Position numbers and translations under genes: made by a program. Shown here one piece after another: positions 20,050-31,212 of a stretch of DNA of 64,000 nucleotides. The first letter of the stretch is position 1. Every line of letters begins with the position of its first letter. The notes under the pieces were generated by a model. The model did not search any database and was not told the origin of the DNA. It saw nothing but the letters and a program-made list of their open reading frames with translations. The DNA comes from an uncultured Chloroflexia bacterium (GTDB taxonomy: Bacteria > Chloroflexota > Chloroflexia > QHBQ01 > JADMIH01): positions 128,001 through 192,000 of the forward strand of contig CAWCNY010000005.1 in the NCBI GenBank assembly GCA_963797095.1, written 5' to 3'.

Positions 20050-20944
20050 ATGGCAACTCAGTATGCTCAGCCCCAGCAGCCTCGCAGGCGCTTCACCGTC
20101 AATGAATATCATAAGGTGAGGGAGACCGGCATTTTTGGGCGCGGATGACCGCGTTGAACTGATTGATGGGGAGATCGTGGAGATGAGTCCCATAAACGTA
20201 CCTCGCTCGGCTTGTGTCGACATGCTGGGAATGCATTTGAGCCGCAGGGTCCCTGAGGGAATTATCGTGATGACTCCGCATGGCGTAAACGCCAGCAGCT
20301 TCTACGGTTTTGCACCGATGCATACTCATCCATATGCCATTAAGGTTGCACTATAGGAGACACCTAAGATGCTTTTACGCTGCACAAGGGTTTCGTGCAA
20401 CAACCCGCTAACATCTTGCATTATCAAAGTGCGGACTACTACCCGAAGGCAATAGTGGCGTGTAGCATTGGTTAGCTTCCACGTTACTTCAATTATGCGA
20501 CAAAGGAGAGACTATGAGCAACCTTTTATCAGCCGAACCACAGCCCATAAATGGGCATGGCTTTCAAGGTTTTCTGTAAGAGTGCAAAACCCTATCTACA
20601 TCGATGACATAAACGAACCGCAGCCTGACCTGACAGTCCTCAAACCCGGTAACTACACGGATATGGCGCAGCATCCCACGGCAGACGATATCTCACCTGT
20701 AATCGAAGTCGCCGATACAACACTCCAGCCGGATCGGCACGTCAAAATCCCTCGCTACGCGCAAGCAGGCATTCCAGAAGCCTGGATCGTCAACCTCTCA
20801 GGAAGAATAGTGGAAGTCTATTCGGAGCCTGTTCAGGACAAATATGCAAACATCCATCGCATGGGGCATGGGCGCTCAATCACGCCCAGACTGCTGCCCG
20901 GCGTTACAATTGCTGTTGATGACTTCCTGGGCAAACCACGATAA
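20050..20944 (+). pseudogene. Uma2-family endonuclease, frameshifted near 20132-20139 and interrupted by a 309-bp element
   Basis: RRFTVNEYHK / DDRVELIDGEIVEMSPI / removing 20267-20575 restores PEGII-VRVQNPI..EPQPDL..IEVADT..KIPRYAQAGIPEAWIV. Confidence 0.85.
20267..20575 (-). mobile_element. non-autonomous IS200/IS605-family element (PATE-like), no transposase or TnpB
   Basis: Minus strand: target TTAC | LE with guide AAAG and hairpin GCCCAT-TT-ATGGGC ... RE with guide GAAG, hairpin TGGCGT-TT-ACGCCA, ending TCAC; no TSD; precise removal restores the Uma2 frame. Confidence 0.85.
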
Positions 20945-21020
20945 TCCGAAGAACTGCGCATCGAAAGCTCATCAGAGAAGGACCGTCGAAAAATAGGTCT
21001 AAAGATGTAGTCGATCTTCC

Positions 21021-21049
21021 TTGACAAGGCGATTCGACTTCTGTATAAT
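21021..21049 (+). promoter_or_regulatory. rRNA sigma70 promoter
   Basis: TTGACA-17 bp-TATAAT consensus upstream of 16S. Confidence 0.9.
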
Positions 21050-21289
21050 AACTCAGGTCGCAGAAGTGCGGACTTACAAAGAGCAGAAGGGGGCCAGCGA
21101 TACAACACTGACCAGAATACGAGACCAAAAGTCGAGTAGGTGTGTTGCGTCGCCGGTGGGGAACCACCGGTTTCCTTTTGCAAAGTGGGCACATTAACAA
21201 TTGAAGAGTGGTGATGAAGCGAAAACCATAGTCAGTTCTTCCAAACGAAACTTGCGGAAGTCTGTGTGACAGATTTCCACGGAAATTCT

Positions 21290-22849
<1,560 letters not shown>

Positions 22850-23038
22850 CTAGGGAGTTTGTTCCTCGCTTGGTGAGCTTGCTCACTCCAAGTTCGGACG
22901 ATCCCAGGTCAACCGCCTATCGCAAGATAGGTGACCTACCATCAAGCAGGCGCATTGATACCCGATGCGTATTGCTTAAAGAACCGAACTCGTGGACACT
23001 TCTTCACCACTCTTCAGTTGTATAATATGCCCACTCTT

Positions 23039-23069
23039 GCCACGTCCTTTAAGGACGTGGCTTTTGTTT
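23039..23069 (+). terminator. terminator ending the 16S transcript
   Basis: GCCACGTCCTT-T-AAGGACGTGGC followed by TTTTGTTT. Confidence 0.85.
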
Positions 23070-23071
23070 AT

Positions 23072-25354
23072 TCAGGGTTCCAACCCGGCAAGTTCCGCCA
23101 GCTTCTCTTCGATAAGAGCCGAGTAGACCTGTTGCCCCTTGACTTGCAAGTGATACCCATCTTTGGCGAAGTAGTCACTGTGATCGACGCTCACGGCACG
23201 CCAGTCCACCATCACGGTGTTTGGGTAGCGGGCCACGCCTTCCGCAATCACAGTATTGTTTGACGTTTCCCACGATCTAGGCACTTTGACATTAACAAAG
23301 ACAACCCACTTTTGGTCCGACAGGGTGCTCATCATCTGGTCGAATTGTTTGGCCGTAAAAGTGCCGTTGCTTCCCATATGGATCACAACCACATCCCCAA
23401 ATTGGCCGCTATCCTTGTACGATTTCAGCAGTGCAATAGCAGCTGAGACTTGTCGGGAGACTTTGGCGTCGATCCCGATGTTAGGTATCTCCTTTGTTAG
23501 CTCTTTGGCTGAGCCGAGCATCACCGAGTCTCCGATTGCCACGATCCTTCCCAACTTCTGAATATCACCCAGGACAGGTGTGGCCGACGGCGTCGAATTG
23601 GTCGGAGTGCCGTCTGTGCTTGTTATGGTTTCGGTAGGGACAATGTCAGTCGGCGTTTCTATTCCCCATATGGGAGAAGGTGTCAGGCCTCGCTCGACAG
23701 CGGTCACCGAAGCTTCGACAGTTGGAACATCGGTGGATGGCATAGTTGTCGGCTCGACAGTTGGAACCTCAAAAACCGTTGGGGTAGCGGTCGGTTTATC
23801 GGTTGGCTCAACGGTGGAGGTCAGCGATTTAGTTGGCTCAAGCGCAGGAGTAAAAGTAGGTTCGGCGGTAGGCGTGCTCGATGCGGTCGGGGCCTCGGTT
23901 GGTAGCTCAGTCGGGGAAGGTTGTAGAGTTGGTGTGCTCACCGAGGTCGCCGGGGCCAGGGTGGAAGACAACCATAGCACCCGCGCTGTGGGCGATGGCT
24001 CTGATATGGATTGGTCGACAGTGGCGGACGCAGACGGCACATCATCGGGAGCACTTATGCTGGGGTCAATCGTGTTTATGGACTCCGTCGACAAATAATC
24101 GGGTGGTGGCGGCGGCTTGGCCGAGACGATCGCAGGGCCAACAGCCGCGAGAAGCAGCAGTACGGTTGTAGGGGCCGCAAGCCAGCGAAGATGTGGTATT
24201 GGGCTAAGCTTACCCCTCGGCGTGCGAAAATCGCGCCAGAGCCGCTGGAGAACACCATTTCTGATCGGTGTCTCAATGAAGCGATAGCTTAGCTCCGCAA
24301 GCACGATAGTAATTGCCAGGCGTAACGCCAGCAAAGGAAAGTCATCGAATTGTACATCGATCTCAGGCATCGTCAGAGCGAAGACGGGCCAATGCCATAA
24401 ATAAATGCCATACGACCGCAAGCCGATCCATCGTGGCACGCTGGACCCAAGCAAGCGAGGAAGCAGCCGCGCACCTGGTAGAGCCAGAGAGGCGATCAAG
24501 AGGGCCGTGACAATTTCGAGCAAGAGGAAGCCGCCCTGGTAAAGGAAGGGGTCGGTTTCATCGGCGAAGATGAAGAACAGTCCTACCGCTCCCAGGGCCA
24601 GAGTACCTACGAGGTCACAGGCTATGCTGCTCACCCACCGTTGGCGTGATTCTGTGCCTGACGTACAACTCAAGAGAACGGCTAGCGCCACTCCAACCAA
24701 CAGACCAGCCGCGCGGGTATCGGTCCCGTAGTATACCCTCGAAGGGTCAACATCGGGCGAATATAGAAGGGCCATCAAGAGTGTTGAGACAAGCGCGCCC
24801 ACTGCCACAATGCAAAGGAGAAGTCGCCGCGCAACTTTCATCAAGAGCGCGAATATTAGAGGCCAAAGGACGTAGAATTGTTCTTCAACGGCGAGCGACC
24901 AGAGGTGCTGGAACAACGATGGTCGCCCCATAGTTTCAAAGTAAGATTGCCGGTTGAAGATCAGATACCAGTTGGTGATATAAGCGAAAGCAGCAGTGGC
25001 ATCGCTTCGCAGTCGAGCAACCTCGTCCTGCAGGAAGAAGACCGAATAGACAAGCACAAGCGCCAGGAGAAGATAGAGGGCAGGCAGCAATCGCCGGGCG
25101 CGCCGCAGCCAAAATGCCCCGAAGTCGATCCTGTTCGTTTGGTCCCACTCGCCCAATAGGAGGGAGGTGATCAGGTAGCCGCTGATGACAAAGAAGACAT
25201 CCACGCCCAGGAAGCCACCTTTAGAGAGCGGAATCTGGGCATGATAGAGCAGCACACCTGCAACCGCGACGGCCCGCAAACCATCGATGGCAGGCAAATA
25301 TTGCAGACGCGAATGCCGTCGCGCCTGTTGTTCCTTATGTGCTGTGTTCTTCAT
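23072..25354 (-). CDS. OatA-like O-acetyltransferase (Acyl_transf_3 + SGNH) with long Pro/Thr linker
   Basis: IDGLRAVAV, GVDVFFVISGYLIT, HLWSLAVEEQFY, YYGTDTR; SGNH GDSVM..GSNG..DGYH. Confidence 0.9.
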   Translation of the reverse strand: MKNTAHKEQQARRHSRLQYLPAIDGLRAVAVAGVLLYHAQIPLSKGGFLGVDVFFVISGYLITSLLLGEWDQTNRIDFGAFWLRRARRLLPALYLLLALVLVYSVFFLQDEVARLRSDATAAFAYITNWYLIFNRQSYFETMGRPSLFQHLWSLAVEEQFYVLWPLIFALLMKVARRLLLCIVAVGALVSTLLMALLYSPDVDPSRVYYGTDTRAAGLLVGVALAVLLSCTSGTESRQRWVSSIACDLVGTLALGAVGLFFIFADETDPFLYQGGFLLLEIVTALLIASLALPGARLLPRLLGSSVPRWIGLRSYGIYLWHWPVFALTMPEIDVQFDDFPLLALRLAITIVLAELSYRFIETPIRNGVLQRLWRDFRTPRGKLSPIPHLRWLAAPTTVLLLLAAVGPAIVSAKPPPPPDYLSTESINTIDPSISAPDDVPSASATVDQSISEPSPTARVLWLSSTLAPATSVSTPTLQPSPTELPTEAPTASSTPTAEPTFTPALEPTKSLTSTVEPTDKPTATPTVFEVPTVEPTTMPSTDVPTVEASVTAVERGLTPSPIWGIETPTDIVPTETITSTDGTPTNSTPSATPVLGDIQKLGRIVAIGDSVMLGSAKELTKEIPNIGIDAKVSRQVSAAIALLKSYKDSGQFGDVVVIHMGSNGTFTAKQFDQMMSTLSDQKWVVFVNVKVPRSWETSNNTVIAEGVARYPNTVMVDWRAVSVDHSDYFAKDGYHLQVKGQQVYSALIEEKLAELAGLEP

Positions 25355-25482
25355 AAGGTAAGGACGTTCAGACGAAGGCCAAAGTTTCAGCGCAAGAGGA
25401 AATGGGTAGTGTTCACCACGCAGGCCGTATTATAACGGACAGCGTGTGGGGTCGCAAAGGATCTTAGGTGAGCAGATCGTAC

Positions 25483-25767
25483 CTATGGCAGGGGGTACTT
25501 ATCGCCCAAGATCTCTTCGGGCGTAGCGTTCGCCAGCGTCACCGTCAGAACAGAAGGTCCACCCTCGTTGGCACGTTGGAAAACAGCCCGGATCGCGCCG
25601 AAGACCGTGTCTGGGGCGCCCGTCACGACCGTACTCAAGGGACCGACCTTAGGGTTCAGGCCGTGCAACTCAAGAGTGAGTATCGCGGCATCTACATCAG
25701 ACTTGTAGGCGGGGCGGCCCAACGCATATAAACTCAGTTGGGCCGTGATTCTCTCTTTCTCTGCCAC
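25483..25767 (-). CDS. YkoF/thiamine-binding-like small protein
   Basis: ITAQLSLYAL...VGPLSTVVTG..DTVFGAI pattern; GGAGG RBS before GTG 25767. Confidence 0.65.
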   Translation of the reverse strand: MAEKERITAQLSLYALGRPAYKSDVDAAILTLELHGLNPKVGPLSTVVTGAPDTVFGAIRAVFQRANEGGPSVLTVTLANATPEEILGDKYPLP

Positions 25768-25891
25768 TATTTTTCCTCCTCGGTCAGGTTGTAGCGCCGG
25801 TTTCGGCCATAAATGCGTGCAAGCGTAGACCACAGCTGTGCTACGAAAGCAGAGACTGGCGATTCGGGGACGGGCAGAACCTGACGCGGAC

Positions 25892-26947
25892 TCAAGGCAA
25901 CGGGTGCCAGCGCAACGCAAAGAACATGGCAAGCGCCACCAGGAGAGCACCAATCCCGGCGAAGGCAACGCTTATCTCCATGACGTCGTGCTTCATGATC
26001 AAGTAAGTGGGCAGGTTCTGGAACACGTTCTGTAGCTCACTGGCGCTTGATGCGGCGTAGTACTTCCCATCGGTCACACTCGCGACCTGCTTCAATGTGT
26101 CCTCGTCAATGCCTCTGCGGAACCCGCCACCTCCGCCGAACTGCCCGCCACCTGGAGGTGGACCGCCCCTTCCGAATGGATCAGGGCCAAAAAACCGGCT
26201 GGACCCGTTCTCGGTGCCAAAACCGATGGTGTATATCCGAACGCCACGATCCGCGGCCTGCTGTGCAGCGTCTACGGGCAACGGACCGGTGGTAGCAACG
26301 CCGTCGGTGAGAAGTACGATGATATCGGGAGCAAAGTCCCCCTGTGGAACCGGGGTTGGGATTTCGGTCGGCGATGTAAACTCGTCCACACTGGGGGCAA
26401 CGCTCGGATCGATCTCAGAAATGGCGTCCAAAGCTTTCAGGATGCCGCTACCAATTGCAGTACCACGCGCGGTGGTCAAACTCTCGACCGCTATCTCAAG
26501 TGATTCCTGATCGGACGTGGGAGGCTGGATCAACTCTGCGTAACCGGCGAAGGCCACAATCCCGATCTGAGTGTTCGGTTTCTGGCTTTCGATGAAAGAT
26601 AAGGCTGCCGCCTGAGCGGCTTCGAGACGACTCGGTTGTATATCGGTCTGTCGCATGCTGCCGGACATATCCAGGGCGAGAATGATCGTAGCCTGCCCGC
26701 TCGGTACGTCCACGATCTGGACGGGACGCCCAAGCGCCACGATCAAGCTGACGAGCGAGAGGAGGAAGAGAGCAAACGGGAGATGACGCCGCAGCATCGA
26801 GTAACGGGGAATTGCTGCACGCACCAGGGACAGGCTTGAGTAGCGCAGCCCAACGTGCCTACGTCGTAGCATCCAGATATAGACTGCGATTATGAGAGGC
26901 ACCAGCAACAGGAGGACCAGGAACCCCGGCCAAAGTAAGCTCATCAA
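25892..26947 (-). CDS. BatA-like VWA domain membrane protein
   Basis: LDMSGSM MIDAS, LLTDG, IYTIGFG. Confidence 0.9.
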   Translation of the reverse strand: MMSLLWPGFLVLLLLVPLIIAVYIWMLRRRHVGLRYSSLSLVRAAIPRYSMLRRHLPFALFLLSLVSLIVALGRPVQIVDVPSGQATIILALDMSGSMRQTDIQPSRLEAAQAAALSFIESQKPNTQIGIVAFAGYAELIQPPTSDQESLEIAVESLTTARGTAIGSGILKALDAISEIDPSVAPSVDEFTSPTEIPTPVPQGDFAPDIIVLLTDGVATTGPLPVDAAQQAADRGVRIYTIGFGTENGSSRFFGPDPFGRGGPPPGGGQFGGGGGFRRGIDEDTLKQVASVTDGKYYAASSASELQNVFQNLPTYLIMKHDVMEISVAFAGIGALLVALAMFFALRWHPLP

Positions 26948-27018
26948 TTACCTCTTTGCATTCTCGGACTTCAACTTAGGATCGCCGCCAATCATAATGT
27001 CACACTCTAAAGCTGAAA

Positions 27019-28029
27019 TCACGGCACTCGCCCCAGCCACAATAGTGACAATGCGCCGCCGATCATCAACACAAGGACTCCTGCACCTGCGAGAAGAGAA
27101 GTCACTTCTGTCTTCTGCTCCCGGATAATTACTTGCGGGTCAAGGTTATCGTAAATCGCATTCAGGTCTTGCTCGTTCTCGGCGTTGTAGTAGGTACCAC
27201 CGGTCATTTGAGATATTTGCTGAAGAGTGTCCTCGTCCAAACGCGAACGAACCGAAAAGCCGTCGATATTGATCGTGGCCCCCGAAGTACTACCTACCCC
27301 CACGGTGTATACGCGGATGCCTCGGTCTGCGGCAGTCTGCGCCAGCGAGAAAGGATCGGGCGATAGATTGTTCTCTCCGTCGGTCAGAAGCACTATGACA
27401 GCGGAAGTATAGGTCCCTTTCGGCACAGGTGTCGGCGCAGGCGTGGGTACTTCCGATTGCTGGCGGGTGGACATTGTCAGGGGCGGGTTAATTGACAGGT
27501 CTATGGCCTTGAGAGACGAGTTTATACCTCTTGCCAGCGAAGTGCCGTTAGCTATGGAAAGCCTGTTGATAGCAGCCAGAACCGCACTCTGATCATTGGT
27601 GGGGGCCTGGGTCGAAAAACCCGCGTCGCTGAAGGAGACAACGCCGATCTGCACGCTGGACGGCTGGCGCTGCACGAAGTCGATGGCGGCGGCCTTGGCC
27701 GCTTCCAACCGTGTGGGCTTCAAATCGTCGGCGGCCATGCTGCCCGAAACATCGAACGCGAGGATTATCGTGCCTTCCAGCCTGGGTAGGCTGACGGTTG
27801 TTTGGGGCCGCGCCAACGCGACGATTAGAATGGCAAGAGCGATAAGAAAGACAAAGGAAGGAATGTGGCGGCGTAGCCCGGTCTTGAGTCCGGTGGTCCC
27901 CTGTACAAGCCCGTGACTCCCGTATCTCGCAACTAAGAGCCGTCGGCGCTGTTGCATCCCGATGTAGGCTGCCATGAAAGCAGGTAGCAACAGCAAGCCT
28001 ATTAGCATTTCAGGCCAGATGAATGTCAT
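27019..28029 (-). CDS. BatA-like VWA domain membrane protein
   Basis: FDVSGSM MIDAS, LLTDGE, VYTVGVG. Confidence 0.9.
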   Translation of the reverse strand: MTFIWPEMLIGLLLLPAFMAAYIGMQQRRRLLVARYGSHGLVQGTTGLKTGLRRHIPSFVFLIALAILIVALARPQTTVSLPRLEGTIILAFDVSGSMAADDLKPTRLEAAKAAAIDFVQRQPSSVQIGVVSFSDAGFSTQAPTNDQSAVLAAINRLSIANGTSLARGINSSLKAIDLSINPPLTMSTRQQSEVPTPAPTPVPKGTYTSAVIVLLTDGENNLSPDPFSLAQTAADRGIRVYTVGVGSTSGATINIDGFSVRSRLDEDTLQQISQMTGGTYYNAENEQDLNAIYDNLDPQVIIREQKTEVTSLLAGAGVLVLMIGGALSLLWLGRVP

Positions 28030-28033
28030 GTTG

Positions 28034-28933
28034 TTATTTCCGGCGTTGCCGCCTCAACATCGCAAAGCGCACGATAGCGCGTACCATGTCTTCGTCGGTT
28101 GAAAGCGACAGCATATCTACTCCGGCCCGCTTGAACGATTCGGTCAAGGCGGCTTCGCGCTGCATGGCAGCTTCACGAAAGCGCCTGCGGAAACTGCGGT
28201 CGTGAGTGTCTACGTAGAGGTTCTCACCTGTCTCAGCATCCTGCATTATGATCGGGCCAATGTCGGGAAGCTGGGTCTCGCGGGGGTCCCACAGTCGAAT
28301 CGCCAGGACTTCATGCCGCTTGTTGAGTAAGCTCAGGGGGCGCTCCCAGCCGGGCGCACAGATAAAATCGGAGATGACAAAGACGAGTGAGCGTCTCTTT
28401 ATTAAGTCCAGGCCCGCGCCCAGCAGCGGATTCAGGTCGGTGAGCGGTGCTCTCGCCAGTTGCGGTTGGTCCAGTAGATCGTTGATAAGGTGCAGCACCT
28501 GGACCTTGCCCCCACGGGCAGGGATTGTGCGCTCGACATCGTTACCGTAGAAGATCGCCCCGACCCGGTTCCCATGGCGAGTTAGCAGGCGCGCCAGCGT
28601 TGCGACGAAGTCGATCAGTACGGAGCTTTTCAAGCTTTCGCGGCTGCCGAAGTCCATGGAAGGGCTTAGGTCAAGGAGAAACCAGGCGGTGATTTCGCGG
28701 TCTTCCGTGTACTGGCGAACATAAGGAGCGTCCATACGCGCGGTGACGTTCCAATCTATGTAGCGGACGTCATCGCCGGGTTGGTACTCGCGCAGATCGG
28801 CGAAGTCCACTCCGTAACCATAGAAGAGACTCCGATAATCGCCTTGCAGCATGCCATCCAACCGGCGGATCACCTGCCAGTCGAGGCGCTGTAAGATTCT
28901 CTCAGGCGCTGGCGCGGACTTTTGCATGCTCAT
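28034..28933 (-). CDS. DUF58 protein
   Basis: DFADLREYQPGDDVRYIDWNVTAR. Confidence 0.92.
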   Translation of the reverse strand: MSMQKSAPAPERILQRLDWQVIRRLDGMLQGDYRSLFYGYGVDFADLREYQPGDDVRYIDWNVTARMDAPYVRQYTEDREITAWFLLDLSPSMDFGSRESLKSSVLIDFVATLARLLTRHGNRVGAIFYGNDVERTIPARGGKVQVLHLINDLLDQPQLARAPLTDLNPLLGAGLDLIKRRSLVFVISDFICAPGWERPLSLLNKRHEVLAIRLWDPRETQLPDIGPIIMQDAETGENLYVDTHDRSFRRRFREAAMQREAALTESFKRAGVDMLSLSTDEDMVRAIVRFAMLRRQRRK

Positions 28934-29912
28934 GTAAAGGCACCACCGGAATAGGCACGCGCTCCAGAATTCTCTTAAGGAGATCGTCGCTGGTCACATT
29001 GTCAGATAGCGCCTCGTAGGATAAGACGAGGCGGTGGCGGAGGACATCCAGCACCATGTCGAGAACATCCTGGGGCAGCGTGTACATTCGGCCACGAACG
29101 AAGGCAAGGGCTCGCGCCGCTCGGATCAGATTGATCGAGGCACGTGGGCTGGCACCGAACACTATATATGGCTGTAACTCCTTCAAGCCGACCGCCTGCG
29201 GTGCCCTGGTCGCCGCGACAACACGAATCGCGTACTGGATGAGAGCCGGGTCCACGTACACCTGGTCTGCAACGTTCTGGAGGTCCAGGAGTTGATCGGT
29301 GTTCAACACTTTTTGTACATCTTGAAGCACGCCGATCATGCGCTCAACGATGACAAACTCTTCGGCATGGCTTGGGTAGCCCACGAGCACCTTGAGCATG
29401 AAGCGATCGACCTGGGCCTCCGGCAGGGGATATGTGCCCTCGGTCTCGATGGGGTTCTGCGTTGCCAGCACGAGGAAGGGATTCGGTACTTTGAAGGTTT
29501 GGGAGCCAATAGTCACCTGCCGCTCCTGCATCACTTCGAGCAGTGCGCTCTGTACTTTAGCGGGGGCGCGGTTGATCTCGTCCGCCAGCAGAAGGTTTGT
29601 GAATACCGGACCGAGGGACGTGCTGAAGTCGCCCGTTTTCTGGTTATAGATGCGTGTGCCGACGAGGTCTGCTGGCACAAGGTCGGGCGTGAACTGGATG
29701 CGCTTAAACTCGCCTCCAATTGATTCGGCCAGGGTCTTGATCGCCATCGTCTTAGCCAGGCCGGGCACGCCTTCAACGAGCATGTGGCCATGAGCGAGGA
29801 GAGCGACGATCATGCGTTCCAGGAGGTGATCCTGGCCGACGATAATCTTCTTCACTTCATAGAGTACACGCTCCATTGGGAGCGCGTGGTCGGGTTTCTT
29901 AGTTTGCTCCAT
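28902..29912 (-). CDS. MoxR-family AAA+ ATPase
   Basis: EGVPGLAKT, RIQFTPDL, DEINRAPAKVQSALLE, LPEAQVDRF, GASPR. Confidence 0.95.
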   Translation of the reverse strand: MEQTKKPDHALPMERVLYEVKKIIVGQDHLLERMIVALLAHGHMLVEGVPGLAKTMAIKTLAESIGGEFKRIQFTPDLVPADLVGTRIYNQKTGDFSTSLGPVFTNLLLADEINRAPAKVQSALLEVMQERQVTIGSQTFKVPNPFLVLATQNPIETEGTYPLPEAQVDRFMLKVLVGYPSHAEEFVIVERMIGVLQDVQKVLNTDQLLDLQNVADQVYVDPALIQYAIRVVAATRAPQAVGLKELQPYIVFGASPRASINLIRAARALAFVRGRMYTLPQDVLDMVLDVLRHRLVLSYEALSDNVTSDDLLKRILERVPIPVVPLHEHAKVRASA

Positions 29913-29977
29913 AGTCAATCTCCTTTTGGGGTGACAATTGGCCGGTATAGTGTGTATTGCCGTGAGGTGGGTTGCGT

Positions 29978-30904
29978 CTAGTATCGCGGCTCGCCAGCGG
30001 CGGTGGCTGCCGTGGTGATGGGAACCGCAAAACCGACGCCAACGAAGAAATTCTGCTCTGTGGGGTTCACAAGCCCGGTGATGATGCCTATCACCTCGCC
30101 GTTTCGATTCAGCAGCGGACCACCGGAATTACCCGGATTCACGGCGGCATCAATTTGAATCAGGTCTTTCAACGTGTAACTGCTGTCGACAGGTTGGAAG
30201 GTGCGGTTAAAGCCGGAGATCACCCCCGCGCTCATCGAGCCGTATAGACCGAAGGGATTACCCACGGCAAACGCCTCGTCGCCGACACGCATTGCGTTTG
30301 GATTCCCAAGTACGGCGGGCACAATTTGCTCCGGAGGTTGGATGGCTTGAAGGACGGCGATGTCGTTTTCGGGCTGAGTATCCGTCACCTGGGCGATCGA
30401 TTGGGTGCCATCCGCGAATGTCACCTGTATATTGTTGGTCTGAGTGACCACATGCAGGGCCGTGAGGATATCGCCCTGGGCATCGACTACGACGCCGCTT
30501 CCAAGATGATATTCGGCTTCGCCGTTTGAATTGGCATCAGACATCTGTGCCTGCACGAGCACAAGGGATGGCTGGATGACCTGATACACTTGCTCAGAGA
30601 AGGCGGGCGGAGGTGTCGCTGACGCGAAAGCCTGGGCGATTGAGTCGTTTACCTCCTGGGTTGTTATCTGATGTGCGGGAGGATTGAAAGCTTGATAAGC
30701 GAGAATCGCCAGGAACGCGGCCACGATACCTGCAACGAAAAGTAGAACACGAAATGCCGGGCCGCGCCATTGACGCAAGCGTGCCAGCCATTGCTCCTGC
30801 CAGGTAGGAGCAGGCTCAGTTGTGGCCGGTTCCCCATCCTCGGAGTAATTCAGTCCGAAGAAATCATCCTGTCTTATTGGAGAAGAACCGACGTCAGTTA
30901 CCAT
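29978..30904 (-). CDS. membrane-anchored S1C (HtrA-like) serine protease without PDZ
   Basis: TALHVV, NDIAVL, QIDAAVNPGNSGGPL catalytic triad. Confidence 0.88.
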   Translation of the reverse strand: MVTDVGSSPIRQDDFFGLNYSEDGEPATTEPAPTWQEQWLARLRQWRGPAFRVLLFVAGIVAAFLAILAYQAFNPPAHQITTQEVNDSIAQAFASATPPPAFSEQVYQVIQPSLVLVQAQMSDANSNGEAEYHLGSGVVVDAQGDILTALHVVTQTNNIQVTFADGTQSIAQVTDTQPENDIAVLQAIQPPEQIVPAVLGNPNAMRVGDEAFAVGNPFGLYGSMSAGVISGFNRTFQPVDSSYTLKDLIQIDAAVNPGNSGGPLLNRNGEVIGIITGLVNPTEQNFFVGVGFAVPITTAATAAGEPRY

Positions 30905-31142
30905 GTGAAGCAACTTTCCATAGGAGTATGTTCATGTATGTCGAATCCTTCCGGGGAGTTCAGGGAGTTGGGAGGTGGCCCACCTGAATTCAGTCTACCC
31001 GAAGAAGGTTAAAAGAGATGAGGGGTAAAATGAAGTTTCTATTAAGAAGGTAGGGAAGGGACCTGATCGCTTGGAATGGCCGTCGGTAATACTCAATTTA
31101 CCAGTTAGCGCTGTTTCTTGCAATAAGATCGCGCACACAAGA

Positions 31143-31180
31143 TCAAAAAGAATGGACCGCCACAGGTCCATTCTTTTTGA
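31143..31180 (-). terminator. terminator downstream of ftsH
   Basis: TCAAAAAGAATGGACC...GGTCCATTCTTTTTGA inverted repeat. Confidence 0.8.
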
Positions 31181-31212
31181 ATTGCAATTGAGTTGTTGGC
31201 TTATCCGAAGGG

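Noticed and set aside
20267-20575. IStron (group I intron-IS) in the Uma2 gene
   Set aside because: The element is antisense to Uma2, no boundary gives both a 5'-exon U and a terminal G, and no group I core is recognisable.
22850-23040. tRNA or 23S start in the post-16S spacer
   Set aside because: No cloverleaf or 23S 5' sequence; the region is the 3' arm of the processing stem plus terminator.
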